NCBI GenBank assembly: GCA_035370505.1
Contig: DAOOVU010000002.1
Location: 1 to 53,771 of the forward strand
Direction of reading: 5' to 3'
DNA length: 53,771 nt
Origin: Candidatus Dojkabacteria bacterium
GTDB lineage: Bacteria; Patescibacteriota; Dojkabacteria; SC72
A program made the translations under genes and the position numbers. This document shows, piece after piece, positions 1 through 10,432 of the stretch (its first letter is position 1; every line of letters starts with the position of its first letter). The notes beneath the pieces were generated by a model, which was not told the origin of the DNA, made no database searches, and saw only the letters and a list, made by a program, of their open reading frames with translations.

Positions 1-35
1 GTCATTAAGTAGAAAAAAGGGGACAATCGTTATGT

Positions 36-1181
36 ATGAGGAAAAGAAAAAGTAATCGTGAAAATTTGAAGGTGGCTATTGTTACTGAGCATTTGTGGAA
101 GATGGGAGGAGCTAATAGGGTGTTAGAGTGCTTCTGTGAAATGTTTCCAAATGCTGATATATATGCATTATTCGGAGAAAAAAATGCTAAAAAAAGACAT
201 GAACTTCTTTCGGAAGAGATTTGTAATCACAAAATATCATATTCAAAATTAAATAATCTTCCGTTTGTTAAAAAATATTATCAATATACCTTCGGGAAAT
301 GGATAAAAAACATCGAAAAGTTTGATCTATCTGATTATGACTTAGTAATCTCATCATCTTCTTCTGTTGCTCATGGAGTCATAACTTCTGTTGATTGCTT
401 CCATCTTTCATACATACATTCTCCTATGAGATTTATTTGGGATTTAAACAAAACATACTTTGGCAAAGATAAAGGATCCCATTCTTTTCCAGTTGGATTT
501 GTTTCAAAAATTCCTTTTAATTTTGCTAGGATATGGGATGTTTCAGCTTCTAATCGATCTGAGTTACTTATTGCAAATTCACACTGTGTAAAGAACAGAA
601 TATACAAATATTGGAAGAAGGATAGTATTGTCATATATCCTCCAGTAAAGGTGTACGAAGGTGAAATTAAAATGAATAGGCAAGACTATTTTGTTTCTGG
701 AGCTCCATTTGAAAAAAATAAAGGAGGAAAGTTTCTTCTTGAATATGCTAAAAAAATGGGGTTTAACCTAAAAGTTATAGGTAGTGGGTCAATGCTTGGC
801 TCTATGAAAAGAAAATATGGGAAGTATCAAAATATACAAATACTTGGGTGGGTATCAGAGGAAGAAAAGTGGGATATGTTGTCAAATTGTGCAGGATATA
901 TTACTGCTGGACCTGAGGATTATGGAATATTTCCTGTTGAGGCAATTTCATGTGGTACTCCTGTTCTGGCATTTAGAGGAGGTGGAAGTTTAGAAACAAT
1001 TGAAGATGGTAGAGGAGGTATGTTTTTTGATTGGAATAATTTTGAAGACACTTTTGGGAAATTTTCTACTAAGAAATGGGATTATACAGATGTAAGAAAA
1101 AGCCTTAAAAATTTTAATACAAAGGATGGTTTCAAAGAAAAGATAGCAAAGGTGTTGGTTGATAATGGGATTCAGATTTGA
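36..1181 (+). CDS. Glycosyltransferase, GT4-like (GT-B fold)
   Basis: 381-aa ORF. C-terminal donor-binding signature EDYGIFPVEAISCGTPVLAFRGGGSLETIEDG is typical of GT4/GT1 enzymes. N-terminal KVAIVTEHL..GGANRV is a Rossmann-type start. Confidence 0.8.
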   Translation: MRKRKSNRENLKVAIVTEHLWKMGGANRVLECFCEMFPNADIYALFGEKNAKKRHELLSEEICNHKISYSKLNNLPFVKKYYQYTFGKWIKNIEKFDLSDYDLVISSSSSVAHGVITSVDCFHLSYIHSPMRFIWDLNKTYFGKDKGSHSFPVGFVSKIPFNFARIWDVSASNRSELLIANSHCVKNRIYKYWKKDSIVIYPPVKVYEGEIKMNRQDYFVSGAPFEKNKGGKFLLEYAKKMGFNLKVIGSGSMLGSMKRKYGKYQNIQILGWVSEEEKWDMLSNCAGYITAGPEDYGIFPVEAISCGTPVLAFRGGGSLETIEDGRGGMFFDWNNFEDTFGKFSTKKWDYTDVRKSLKNFNTKDGFKEKIAKVLVDNGIQI

Positions 1182-1204
1182 TATGATTTTCAAGACCTAG
1201 ACAT

Positions 1205-1280
1205 GCCGAGATAGCTCAGTTGGTAGAGCATCTGTCTGAAGAACAGAGGGTCCCCAGTCCGAATCTGGGTCTCGGCACCA
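1205..1280 (+). tRNA. tRNA-Phe (anticodon GAA), CCA encoded
   Basis: Hand-folded cloverleaf: acceptor GCCGAGA/TCTCGGC, D arm GCTC-AGTTGGTA-GAGC, anticodon arm TCTGT-CTGAAGA-ACAGA, T arm CCCAG-TCCGAAT-CTGGG, then A-CCA. Confidence 0.95.
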
Positions 1281-1282
1281 CT

Positions 1283-1359
1283 GCGAGAGTAGTTCAGTTG
1301 GCTAGAACGACACATTGCCAATGTGTAGGTCGCGGGTTCGAGCCCCGTCTCTCGCTCCA
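1283..1359 (+). tRNA. tRNA-Gly (anticodon GCC), CCA encoded
   Basis: Cloverleaf: acceptor GCGAGAG/CTCTCGC, anticodon arm ACACA-TTGCCAA-TGTGT, T arm GCGGG-TTCGAGC-CCCGT, then T-CCA. Starts 2 nt after tRNA-Phe. Confidence 0.95.
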
Positions 1360-1464
1360 ATCATTCGTTTTTCCAGTGTGTTTACATTCTAAAGAAGAAG
1401 TGTTACATTCTATGGATGTGTTGTGAAATTGTGTGAGCATTTAAAATTTATTGACAGCGGTTCA

Positions 1465-2745
1465 ATGAAAATATTGTTTACCCCTCTGACTACTAGTTCA
1501 ATAGCTCATATTATTAGAAGTTTTGCATTAGCGGAAAGATTTGTTGAGAATGGAGATGAAGTTTTTTTTACTTCATGCAGGCTTAAAAAGGATTTCATTG
1601 AAAAAGAAGGATACAGAGTTGTAAGAACATATTCTCCCTTTAACTTGAATGATGAGAATGATCAATCTGTAAACTATCTGTCTACACACAAGAAGGAAAT
1701 GGTTGAGTGGTTTAAGGCAGATATAGATGCAGCACTGGAAGTTCATGCAGATGTTGTAATAGGGTGTTCTTGTTTATTTGGACCTCATGTTACTTATGCT
1801 ACTGGTATTCCTACTGTTGCTTTAATGAATGGACAATATGCTCCAACAACAAAAGGACTTATGGGTATTTGCTTGTGTGATGATTCTCTAAAAAGTATTT
1901 TGCTTAGAAATATGCTTCGTCCAGTATTTAATAGGGAATTTCTAAAAAAATATCTTTCGGAGGTTCTCGATGCGTATAGGATAATTGGAATTGAACATGG
2001 AGAAATTAAGAGTAGAGAGGAAATGTATTCTCCAATGCCGATACTGATACCCGGAGATGAAGAGTTTGAACCTCAGCTTCGAACTGATGAAAATACTAAA
2101 TTCATAGGTCCTCTGTTCTGGGATGGTTTTGAGAGAATAGATGATGGAGAACTCTCAGAAGAAAGTATTTTGAAGTTCAAGGGAAATGATAAATTGATTT
2201 TTCTAACATTTGGGGGAAGTGTTTTCAACAAGGATATCTATGATAGAGTATTAAGGAGTTTAAACAAAATAGATGCAAAAAAAATAGTTGCACTTGGGCC
2301 TAACTTCAAAAGAGAAGATTTTCCAGATGATTCTGATGATTTGATTATTAGGAATTTTGTTCCAGGGCTTAGACTTTCAAAGCTTTCTGACATTATAGTG
2401 AACACAGGGTCTCAGGGAGCAATAATGCAGGCTTTAACATATGGTAAACCTGTTGTTGCATTTCCTGTTGGGATAGATCAGGCATATTTTGCTAATCGTC
2501 TTGAGGAGATGAAGTTGGGAAGGAATGTTAACAAAACAGGAATCTTAGGCTTTTCAAAAAGAGAGAGTTACCAGTTTGTAGATGATCGTATTCCTGAAAA
2601 GATGATTTTAGCTGTGAATGAATTAATGAATAATGATGAGTATTCAAAAAACGCTCAATCATATTCTCAGAGACTTGAAAAGAGATACCATGATCCAGCT
2701 GGAGAGGCAGTGAATTTCGTGTATAATAGGTACAGGAAAATATGA
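1465..2745 (+). CDS. UDP-glycosyltransferase, GT1 (MGT/GT28 C-terminal domain type)
   Basis: C-terminal motif [36 protein letters not shown] is typical of MGT/OleD-like GT1 enzymes. The ORF track starts at GTG 1423; I prefer ATG 1465 (MKILFTPL..), which clears the tRNA genes. Confidence 0.75.
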   Translation: MKILFTPLTTSSIAHIIRSFALAERFVENGDEVFFTSCRLKKDFIEKEGYRVVRTYSPFNLNDENDQSVNYLSTHKKEMVEWFKADIDAALEVHADVVIGCSCLFGPHVTYATGIPTVALMNGQYAPTTKGLMGICLCDDSLKSILLRNMLRPVFNREFLKKYLSEVLDAYRIIGIEHGEIKSREEMYSPMPILIPGDEEFEPQLRTDENTKFIGPLFWDGFERIDDGELSEESILKFKGNDKLIFLTFGGSVFNKDIYDRVLRSLNKIDAKKIVALGPNFKREDFPDDSDDLIIRNFVPGLRLSKLSDIIVNTGSQGAIMQALTYGKPVVAFPVGIDQAYFANRLEEMKLGRNVNKTGILGFSKRESYQFVDDRIPEKMILAVNELMNNDEYSKNAQSYSQRLEKRYHDPAGEAVNFVYNRYRKI

Positions 2746-5024
2746 TAATAGAAGTATCACTGTTAATAATAATTCTTCTTTTGTGTGGGTACATTTTGTT
2801 TAGTGTGCTTGGTGCTGATGAAATGACTAATGAGCCTCAGAGGAAGAGTTTTGCATTCATGGTATTTTGGATAATTCTTTGGGTTATAACTATTCTATTA
2901 ACGGATATATTTTATCAATATTTGGATTTTTCTCTCTGGACTTCAAGGTTGTCATTTTGTACTTCTGCACTAATAGGTTACAGTTATTACCTATTCGTGG
3001 AAGAGTATCAGGATAAAAAGAAGCTAAAGGGACTCAGGAGTCTGTGGAGTATAGTTACCATATTCTTGATAGTAATTTCGTTAACAGACGCTGTTGTTAA
3101 AAGGGTCGCTATAGTTGATGGGTCATTGAAATCATACCCAGGAAATATGTACATAGTATATGCAGTTCTCGTTGGTATCATGTTTTTACTGTCAGGAGTA
3201 TTATTCTTCGGAGCATACAAGAGGGAGAAGAATCAGGTGAAAAAAACTCAAATGTTGTACATGCTTATTGGTTCCGTAATATCGATTTTGTTTACTTTTG
3301 TGACAAACTTAATACTTCCAATGCTTGGATTTAGGGAGATAAGGTCGCTTGGACCATTGGGTCTTTCATTCTTCATATTTGGGACATACTATTCAATTAT
3401 AAGATATCGTTTTTTAAGTGCTAAGCTACTAATTAGTCGTTTCATATATACTCTAATCATTGCGATAGTTCCATATGCAGTCTTTCATTTGATAGTATAT
3501 CTGCAAACTGCTGTATGGGGAGATGTATATAGCCCTGGAGCCTTAATCTCAGGGTATTTGTATGCACTAATATTTCTCTATGTATTTTTGTATACCTCAA
3601 AAGGAGTTGATCAATTCATAAAGAGAGTTTTCTATGGTTCAAGTGTTGATCCTGAGAAGGAGAAGTCAAAATTTCTAAAAGAAATAGATACCCTATTAGA
3701 TACTGATAAAATTTTGAATGAAACAAAAACTCTTCTAGAGAGAGTTTTCGGTGTAAAGGTTGGAATGGTACTTACTTCTTCAGATCAAATATTAAGTGTG
3801 TCAAATGATTTGAATACTTTTGAAATTACACAAAGCGATATTAATTGTCTCAAAGAACTTACTGATCCAGTTCTCAAAGATGAACTAATATATTTAGAAA
3901 GTGAGCGTCCTGATGTTACTTCGATATTTTCTAATTACAAGATTCAATGCTTCTTTCCAATTAATATATCTCAAAATACAAATTGGAAAGCATATATATT
4001 TCTTGGGAATAAAAAGAATTCAATCAGCTATTCAATTCAGGATATCGACTTTATATCTTCCATAGCATCTGTTCTTTCTGTTGCATTGCAAAGAGCATAT
4101 TTGCACCAAGAGGTTTTGAAATTTAATGAAACTCTGCAAGAAAAAGTTAATGAGGCAACAGTCAACCTGAGGAGAAAGATAGTAGAGTTAGAGGAAGCAA
4201 GAAGAAAGGAAAATAACATGATAGATATAATGGGACACGAATTAAGAACACCCGCTACTGTTGCAAAGCTTAATGTTGAAATGATACATAACTGGCAGGA
4301 AAATATGGAGAAGAAGTATCCAAATATTAAGGAATTTGATGATTTTAATAAGTACCTTAAGAGAATACAGGAAAGTATTGAGAATGAAATTGGAATAATA
4401 AATACATTATTAGTATCAGCGAAGCTAGAAGGAGAAAAATTGGAGCTTGTTAAAACCCCTGTAAATGTAATAAATGCAATAGAACTTGGTATAGAGGGAA
4501 AAAAGAAAAGTGCTGAAGCCAAAAAAATATCACTAACTTTTGATTATCCCAAAAATTACAAGGAATTCCCTTATGTTTTGGCTGATAAAGGAAGATTCCA
4601 AGAGATAATTGATAATTTAATTGATAATGCTGTGAAGTACACAGATAAAGGATCAGTGAAAATTACAGCTGAGGCAGAGGAAGATTATGTTCGAATCTCT
4701 GTAACAGACACTGGAAAAGGAATTGCAAAAGAGGATATTCCCAAATTAGGTACAAAATTCTACAGAACTAATCAATATATACCAGGGTCAGATAGTGATA
4801 TAACACAACTCGTAAGGCCTGGAGGTACAGGTCTAGGTCTTTTTGTTGTTTATGGATTGGTAAAAGCACATGGAGGAAAGATAACAGTGAAAAGTGAAGT
4901 TGGTAAGGGAAGCACATTTAGCTTTACAATTCCAATAGCCAAAGGAGCTACAGGTGAAATAGATAAAAAGATTTTTGAAGGTGATCAATTTGAAAAACTA
5001 AGAGCACAAAAGGATAATAATTAG
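2742..5024 (+). CDS. Sensor histidine kinase with multi-pass membrane N-terminal domain
   Basis: About 7 hydrophobic helices in the first ~290 aa. H-box [11 protein letters not shown]-box [12 protein letters not shown]-boxes DTGKGI and [10 protein letters not shown]. No response regulator gene is adjacent. Confidence 0.9.
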   Translation: MIIEVSLLIIILLLCGYILFSVLGADEMTNEPQRKSFAFMVFWIILWVITILLTDIFYQYLDFSLWTSRLSFCTSALIGYSYYLFVEEYQDKKKLKGLRSLWSIVTIFLIVISLTDAVVKRVAIVDGSLKSYPGNMYIVYAVLVGIMFLLSGVLFFGAYKREKNQVKKTQMLYMLIGSVISILFTFVTNLILPMLGFREIRSLGPLGLSFFIFGTYYSIIRYRFLSAKLLISRFIYTLIIAIVPYAVFHLIVYLQTAVWGDVYSPGALISGYLYALIFLYVFLYTSKGVDQFIKRVFYGSSVDPEKEKSKFLKEIDTLLDTDKILNETKTLLERVFGVKVGMVLTSSDQILSVSNDLNTFEITQSDINCLKELTDPVLKDELIYLESERPDVTSIFSNYKIQCFFPINISQNTNWKAYIFLGNKKNSISYSIQDIDFISSIASVLSVALQRAYLHQEVLKFNETLQEKVNEATVNLRRKIVELEEARRKENNMIDIMGHELRTPATVAKLNVEMIHNWQENMEKKYPNIKEFDDFNKYLKRIQESIENEIGIINTLLVSAKLEGEKLELVKTPVNVINAIELGIEGKKKSAEAKKISLTFDYPKNYKEFPYVLADKGRFQEIIDNLIDNAVKYTDKGSVKITAEAEEDYVRISVTDTGKGIAKEDIPKLGTKFYRTNQYIPGSDSDITQLVRPGGTGLGLFVVYGLVKAHGGKITVKSEVGKGSTFSFTIPIAKGATGEIDKKIFEGDQFEKLRAQKDNN

Positions 5025-5869
5025 TGGATTATTCATATATTTTCCATGGTATTATGCAGAAGCACTCAAAAAAATTTATTAAGGAGAGACTACTAAGGTC
5101 TAAAATATTTGTCCTACTTAAGAAAAATGCTGTTGTTATAGTGATAATTTTATGCGTTGCTCTATCCTTTTTGCTTGGATTTTGGAACATACAGAAGTAT
5201 GAAATCTATTCTAATGATGGAGGAGAGGTAAGTCCAAAAACACACCAAATGATGAGTGATTATTTGGATAAAAATGTTGTGGGGAAAAACTATTTTGAGA
5301 TATATACTGAGGATCTTGAGAAAGATCTAGCAAACAATCTTTCATATGTTGAAAGTGTAGAGGTACGAAAAAATATTCCAAATATACTAATTCTTTTTGT
5401 AAAAGAGTATATTCCTAAGTTAACTGTTCATACGCAAAGTGGAAAATGTTATCTTCTTGCAGAAGATGGCACTGTGTTGGAAGAGTTATGCAAAGATTCT
5501 ACTGAAACAGAGTGCTGTGCTAATTATTCATCTGCAAATGAGAAATATCTTTTTAATGCTTTAGATACTGAAGTTGTTAAAAAAAGCGAGGAAAAATCTA
5601 AGCTATTGGTAATGGGTGATATTAAAGACATAATTAAAGTAGTAGAGTTATTTAATATCCGTATAAAAGAAATAACCTTGGACAAGAATGTCCTTACAAT
5701 TACCGATATCAGCGGAAGGGCGATTATTTTTTCCATGAATGATGATTTAAAAATACAACTTGAAAGATTCTATCTCGTAATGTCAAAAATAAAGAAAGAT
5801 GGTATAGATTTTGATTCTATTGATGTCAGATTCGAAAGACCAGTAATGAAGATTAGAATAAATTCTTGA
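5024..5869 (+). CDS. ftsQ: Cell division protein FtsQ/DivIB-like (TM + POTRA)
   Basis: N-terminal basic tail, then TM helix (VVIVIILCVALSFLLGF), then a POTRA-like segment VESVEVRKNIPNILILFVKEYIPKL. Lies directly upstream of ftsA-ftsZ. The GTG start overlaps the kinase stop by 1 nt; ATG 5054 is an alternative start. Confidence 0.7.
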   Translation: MDYSYIFHGIMQKHSKKFIKERLLRSKIFVLLKKNAVVIVIILCVALSFLLGFWNIQKYEIYSNDGGEVSPKTHQMMSDYLDKNVVGKNYFEIYTEDLEKDLANNLSYVESVEVRKNIPNILILFVKEYIPKLTVHTQSGKCYLLAEDGTVLEELCKDSTETECCANYSSANEKYLFNALDTEVVKKSEEKSKLLVMGDIKDIIKVVELFNIRIKEITLDKNVLTITDISGRAIIFSMNDDLKIQLERFYLVMSKIKKDGIDFDSIDVRFERPVMKIRINS

Positions 5870-5906
5870 TTAAATATATAAATTTTACTATATTAGTATA
5901 GAAATC

Positions 5907-5934
5907 TTGTAAAAAGTTGTTCTTAATATATAAT
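5907..5934 (+). promoter_or_regulatory. Candidate sigma70-type promoter upstream of ftsA
   Basis: TTGTAA (5907..5912), 16-nt spacer, TATAAT (5929..5934), in the 99-nt gap before ftsA. Such matches occur easily by chance in AT-rich DNA. Confidence 0.3.
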
Positions 5935-5968
5935 AAGTTTAAGTAAAATTACTGTCCCTAACAAATAT

Positions 5969-7267
5969 ATGGCACGCAAAATATTAACAGCGATAGATAT
6001 TGGGTCTTCTAAGATAACTACGGTTATTACTTCTGTAGAGGACGGTAAGAATCCAACGGTAATTGGTGTATGTTCGTATCCTAGTAAAGGAATTAAAAAG
6101 GGTGTAGTTATTAACATAGATGATGCTACTAGTGCCATATTGGAAAGTGTATCCGCAGCGGAGAGAATGGCAGGAGTTACAGTATCAAATGTGTTTGTCT
6201 CTATAAATGGAGAGCAAGTGACAAGTCTTAATAACAAAGGAGTTGTTGCTGTTGCTGGATCGGAGATTACGATTGATGATACATACAGGGCAATTGAAAA
6301 TGCTAGAACTCTTTCTCTTCCTGATAACTTGTATCCGATACACATTATTCCGCGTGAATTTGTAGTTGATGCTCAAGGAGGAATTAAGTATCCAATAGGG
6401 ATGAGTGGAAGTAGATTGGAGGTTGAAACCCATATTATTACTGCTCCTACTTCGTACTGGCAGAATATCAAAAAATGTGTGGAACAGGTAGGATCAAATG
6501 TGTACGATGTAGTGTTTACTGCTTGGGCTTCTTCTCTTGCTGTTCTAACTGATACTGAGAAAGAGCTTGGGGTTACATTACTTGATATAGGTGCTGGAAC
6601 GACTGGAATAGCTATCTTTCAAGAAGGGTCAATTGTATACAGTGCATCTATTCCTCTAGGTGGAAATAATATAACGAGTGATATAGCTATTGGATTACAG
6701 GTGTCTTTAGAGGATGCTGAAAAGATAAAATTAAACCTTGGAAATCTTTTTGATAATAAATTTGAAGGAGAAAAAGTGAGAGAAGTTGATTCGATACCAG
6801 CACTTTTGCGTAGAAAAGAAGTAACTAAGCCGAAGAAGACAAAGGGTGAAGAGATAGATTTGGGGGTTATAGGAATAGATAAGATGGTTTCAAAGGAAAA
6901 AATGGAGAAAATTGTTGAGGCTAGGTGTAGTGAAATTTTAGAAATGGCAAAAGACAATGCATCTAAGGCTGGATATGAAATTGCTATGCCAGCAGGTATT
7001 GTTTTAACTGGAGGAACAGCTTTGCTTAGGAATATTACTAAATTTACACAAGAAATGTTTGGGGTTGCAGCTCGTATAGGAACTCCTTCTGGCTTAACAG
7101 GAATGGTAGAGGAAATATCTGATCCATCATATGCATGTGTTCAGGGTTTAGTAAAACATGCTTTAGAAGATGATGTTGAGATTGGAGGTGTTGGAGAAAA
7201 GAATAAAGTTGATATAGGTGGTATTTTTGGTAAGATAGGTGAATGGTTTAAGTCTTTACTGCCTTAA
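5969..7267 (+). CDS. ftsA: Cell division protein FtsA
   Basis: Actin-like ATPase motifs AIDIGSSKITTVI, LLDIGAGTTGIAIF and GIVLTGGTALL. C-terminal amphipathic tail GIFGKIGEWFKSLLP. Positioned before ftsZ. Confidence 0.95.
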   Translation: MARKILTAIDIGSSKITTVITSVEDGKNPTVIGVCSYPSKGIKKGVVINIDDATSAILESVSAAERMAGVTVSNVFVSINGEQVTSLNNKGVVAVAGSEITIDDTYRAIENARTLSLPDNLYPIHIIPREFVVDAQGGIKYPIGMSGSRLEVETHIITAPTSYWQNIKKCVEQVGSNVYDVVFTAWASSLAVLTDTEKELGVTLLDIGAGTTGIAIFQEGSIVYSASIPLGGNNITSDIAIGLQVSLEDAEKIKLNLGNLFDNKFEGEKVREVDSIPALLRRKEVTKPKKTKGEEIDLGVIGIDKMVSKEKMEKIVEARCSEILEMAKDNASKAGYEIAMPAGIVLTGGTALLRNITKFTQEMFGVAARIGTPSGLTGMVEEISDPSYACVQGLVKHALEDDVEIGGVGEKNKVDIGGIFGKIGEWFKSLLP

Positions 7268-7294
7268 CTTAACTAATTTTACAGTAAGGGAACT

Positions 7295-8524
7295 ATGTTA
7301 GTAACGACAAATGTTGATCCAGTAGCGAAAATTAAAGTGGTTGGAGTAGGTGGTGGTGGTTGTAATGCTATAAATACGATGATTACTGATTATGATATCT
7401 CTGGAGTTGAGTTTATGGCCTTTAATACAGATGCTCAAGCTTTGAAGATGTCTCAGGCTCCAATTACCCTTCAACTTGGTGAGAAACTGACAAATGGTCT
7501 TGGAGTTGGTGGAGATTCTAAACTTGGGTCAGAAGCAGCGGAAGAAAGCATTGATCAAATACAAGAGCTATTGGAAGGTGCAAATATGGTATTTATTACT
7601 GCAGGAATGGGTGGAGGAACTGGTACAGGTGCAGCACCAATAATTGCTGGGGTCGCTAGGAATATGGGAGCACTTACTGTAGCTGTTGTAACTAAACCAT
7701 TTGAATTTGAGGGAGCAAAAAGAATGGAGTTAGCTGAAGAAGGTATTGCAGCACTAAAGGATAAGGTTGATACGTTGATTGTTGTTCCAAATCAAAGATT
7801 ATTGGAAATAATAGATCCAAATGAAAAACTTTCGTTCATAGATGCTATGAAAAAGGTTGATTCAGTATTAGCTGAAGGTGTGAACAGTATATCAAATTTG
7901 ATTAGTCAAACTGGGTATATAAATGCAGACTTTAATGATGCTAAATCAGTTATGCAAAATGCAGGAACTGCTCTGATGGGTATCGGAAGAGCATCTGGTG
8001 AAAACAGAGCTGAGGAGGCTGCTAGAGCTGCTACAACCAGTCCATTACTGGATATGTCTATAGAGGGAGCAAAAGGAGTTCTTTATAACATAGTAGGGGC
8101 TGATCTTACACTTACTGAAATAAGCCTAGTATCTGAACTAATAAGAGAAGCAGTGGATCCATCGGCAAATATAAAATTTGGAGCTCAGATAGATCCAAAT
8201 GCAGGTGATGAGCTTACTATAACAATTGTAGCCACTGGGTTCTCAGATCAACCATATACAAAGAGACAAAGTGAAATAAATGTTGGAGGGACAAGTAGAA
8301 TTAGAACTTTTGGATTTGAGCCAGAAAATAAAGTGAACAACGCTGAAATAGTAAAAGAAAGTGAAGATGAAGAAGAAAGTTTTGAATCATTTGATGCTGT
8401 AGATGCAATGCCAGTTGATTCATTTGATAATGGAAACGACTCATTTACAGATTCTGAGAAATTAAAAGACATTCCAACTGATGATCCATTAGATATTCCA
8501 GCGTTTATGCGAAAGAAAAAATAG
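7295..8524 (+). CDS. ftsZ: Cell division GTPase FtsZ
   Basis: VGVGGGGCNAIN and tubulin signature GGGTGTGAAPIIA. Acidic linker and conserved C-terminal peptide DIPAFMRKKK. Confidence 0.97.
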   Translation: MLVTTNVDPVAKIKVVGVGGGGCNAINTMITDYDISGVEFMAFNTDAQALKMSQAPITLQLGEKLTNGLGVGGDSKLGSEAAEESIDQIQELLEGANMVFITAGMGGGTGTGAAPIIAGVARNMGALTVAVVTKPFEFEGAKRMELAEEGIAALKDKVDTLIVVPNQRLLEIIDPNEKLSFIDAMKKVDSVLAEGVNSISNLISQTGYINADFNDAKSVMQNAGTALMGIGRASGENRAEEAARAATTSPLLDMSIEGAKGVLYNIVGADLTLTEISLVSELIREAVDPSANIKFGAQIDPNAGDELTITIVATGFSDQPYTKRQSEINVGGTSRIRTFGFEPENKVNNAEIVKESEDEEESFESFDAVDAMPVDSFDNGNDSFTDSEKLKDIPTDDPLDIPAFMRKKK

Positions 8525-8546
8525 CATTCTCACTATGTAGTGTATA

Positions 8547-9878
8547 ATGCTGATTATGAATTCAAGCCTGTTCGATACAAAAAGGTTTAAACCTTTCAGT
8601 TTTGCTATAACAGTCCCAATGACTATGCTTTTACTGATAGGCATTATTACATTATACTCAACATCAATTTCTCCAACCGAGGAAAGTACTGATCTATCAA
8701 TTGTTATGAAGCAACTCCTATACATTGCAATAGGAGCCCTTTTTTATTTTTTTCTTACATATACTGATCTTTCATATCTTAAACATTGGCAAGTAGCAGG
8801 AGGAATATATCTCGCAACAATAGGACTTCTTTGTGCTACACTAGCGTTTGGTCCAGAAATAGCAAATGTAAAAAGATGGCTTATCATTGGAGGAATCCAA
8901 GTTCAACCATCAGAAATTGCTAAACTATCAGTTATTCTTGTTACTTCTGCTGTCTTTTCGTACAAAGAAAAATACAATGAACTAATCCTTTTTTTGATAT
9001 CCTTTGTTTTGGTTATTCCAATAGTTGCTTTAATATACATACAGCCTAGTGGTAGCATGGCTACACTTGTTTTGATGATATGGTTTGTAACAGCCTTCCT
9101 AGGACTAAACAACCCTTTGAGGAATACTGTTTTGTTGATGATAATAGGAGGTATAACTGGTAGTTTTGTAATCTCATCGATAACTTCAAATCCACTTTGG
9201 TTTCTTTTGTCTGTTCCATCTATTGTACTTGCTATCTTTGGTTTCTATTCAAAAAATAATTGGAAATCGTTTGTTCTGGTATCTGTGATTTTAAGCATAG
9301 TACTGGGAGTATCCTCTCAATTTGTGTGGAATGATATATTAAAAGATTACCAAAGAAAGAGAATAGAAGCATTCTTAAATCCTGAAGAAACAAAAGAAGA
9401 TATTGGATTTAATGTAAATCAATCCAGAATAGCTATTGGTTCTGGACAGATTTTTGGGAAGGGATTTGGAAATGGGACACAAAGTAAAAGAAATTTTTTG
9501 CCTGAGTATCAAACTGACTTCATATTTGCATCATATGCGGAAGAATTTGGCTTGATAGGGAGCCTTATTCTGTTTTTTCTTTATGGGGTAATTATAATTA
9601 CAGCATATTTAACAGCCATTAAATTTTCTAAAGATACAATGTTTTCTCTGATTTGTGCTGGCATAGGGACTAAAATACTATTTGAAGTTTTTATCAATAT
9701 TGGAACTAACCTAGGAGTCATACCTGCTACGGGAATTCCTCTTCCAATGATAAGTGCAGGAGGAACATCAATTATAGTAACATTATCGTCCCTTGGTATT
9801 TTGCAGAATATATATTCTAAAGGAAGTTCAAAATTAAGAACAGGAAAAAAGGATATATTGGAAGTCTATGAGGAGTAA
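8547..9878 (+). CDS. ftsW: SEDS-family peptidoglycan glycosyltransferase (FtsW/RodA/SpoVE)
   Basis: About 10 TM helices. Conserved SEIAKL, PEYQTDFIFA and GIPLPMISAGGTS motifs. Follows ftsZ. Confidence 0.85.
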   Translation: MLIMNSSLFDTKRFKPFSFAITVPMTMLLLIGIITLYSTSISPTEESTDLSIVMKQLLYIAIGALFYFFLTYTDLSYLKHWQVAGGIYLATIGLLCATLAFGPEIANVKRWLIIGGIQVQPSEIAKLSVILVTSAVFSYKEKYNELILFLISFVLVIPIVALIYIQPSGSMATLVLMIWFVTAFLGLNNPLRNTVLLMIIGGITGSFVISSITSNPLWFLLSVPSIVLAIFGFYSKNNWKSFVLVSVILSIVLGVSSQFVWNDILKDYQRKRIEAFLNPEETKEDIGFNVNQSRIAIGSGQIFGKGFGNGTQSKRNFLPEYQTDFIFASYAEEFGLIGSLILFFLYGVIIITAYLTAIKFSKDTMFSLICAGIGTKILFEVFINIGTNLGVIPATGIPLPMISAGGTSIIVTLSSLGILQNIYSKGSSKLRTGKKDILEVYEE

Positions 9879-9883
9879 ACAAG

Positions 9884-9956
9884 TGGGTGTACAGGGAATC
9901 GAACCCTGAACCTAACGGTTAAGAGCCGTTTGCTCTGCCAGTTGAGCTACACACCC
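9884..9956 (-). tRNA. tRNA-Lys (anticodon CTT), no encoded CCA
   Basis: Reverse complement folds as GGGTGTG-TA-GCTC-AACTGGCA-GAGC-A-AACGG-CTCTTAA-CCGTT-AGGTT-CAGGG-TTCGATT-CCCTG-TACACCC-A. Confidence 0.93.
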
Positions 9957-10016
9957 AAGTTCAAGTAGAGATGATATCAGCAAGATGCTTTTTTTTCAAT
10001 ATATTAAATATATTGA

Positions 10017-10045
10017 TTGACTTTTGAGTAATATTAACATACAAT
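10017..10045 (+). promoter_or_regulatory. Candidate promoter of the rplU operon
   Basis: TTGACT (10017..10022), 17-nt spacer, TACAAT (10040..10045). The -10 element ends only 12 nt before the rplU ATG, which implies a very short or absent leader. Confidence 0.35.
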
Positions 10046-10057
10046 TCACATCACATT

Positions 10058-10432
10058 ATGGAAGAAAATACTAAAGAAAAAGCAAAAACAACAAAAGTGG
10101 AAACTAAAGAGCCTGAGAGGTTTGCAGTTATAAAAATATCTGGAGTACAATTAAAAGTCTACGAAGGAAAGGAATATGAGATTAACAAGATTGATGGAAA
10201 TAAAGGGGATAAGTTAGATATCGATGAAGTTCTCCTTGTTGCTGATGGAGATAAAGTATCTGTAGGAACGCCTTTCGTTGATGGAGCAAAGGTAAAATTA
10301 GAGATTACTTCTCAAAAGAAAGGTGAAAAGATAAATGGATTTGTGTATAAATCTAAATCTAGACACAGAAGAAAGTATGGTTTTCGTCCCTTGATTACTA
10401 GGGTAAAAGTTTCTAAGATTCAATATGCCTAA
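10058..10432 (+). CDS. rplU: 50S ribosomal protein L21 (with ~22-aa K/E-rich N-terminal extension)
   Basis: Core FAVIKISGVQLKVYEGKEY...GEKINGFVYKSKSRHRRKYGFRP matches the L21 pattern. rpmA lies downstream. Confidence 0.9.
   Translation: MEENTKEKAKTTKVETKEPERFAVIKISGVQLKVYEGKEYEINKIDGNKGDKLDIDEVLLVADGDKVSVGTPFVDGAKVKLEITSQKKGEKINGFVYKSKSRHRRKYGFRPLITRVKVSKIQYA

Noticed and set aside
1220-1426. 68-aa ORF in the track
   Set aside because: It lies entirely across the tRNA-Phe and tRNA-Gly genes on the same strand, so it is a translation artefact of tRNA sequence.
4037-4522. 161-aa antisense ORF inside the histidine kinase gene. Similar shadow ORFs lie at 371..634, 5923..6345, 6619..6957, 10913..11254, 35778..36182, 43677..44069, 44720..45046, 47982..48368 and 52628..53005.
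   Set aside because: All lie antisense or out of frame within long ORFs that have strong family motifs. Their translations are low-complexity (S/F/I/L-rich), typical of shadow ORFs in AT-rich DNA.
9975-10000. AGCA-aga-TGCT followed by T8 after ftsW and the antisense tRNA-Lys
   Set aside because: A 4-bp stem is not a convincing intrinsic terminator. The T-run may simply be AT-rich spacer.
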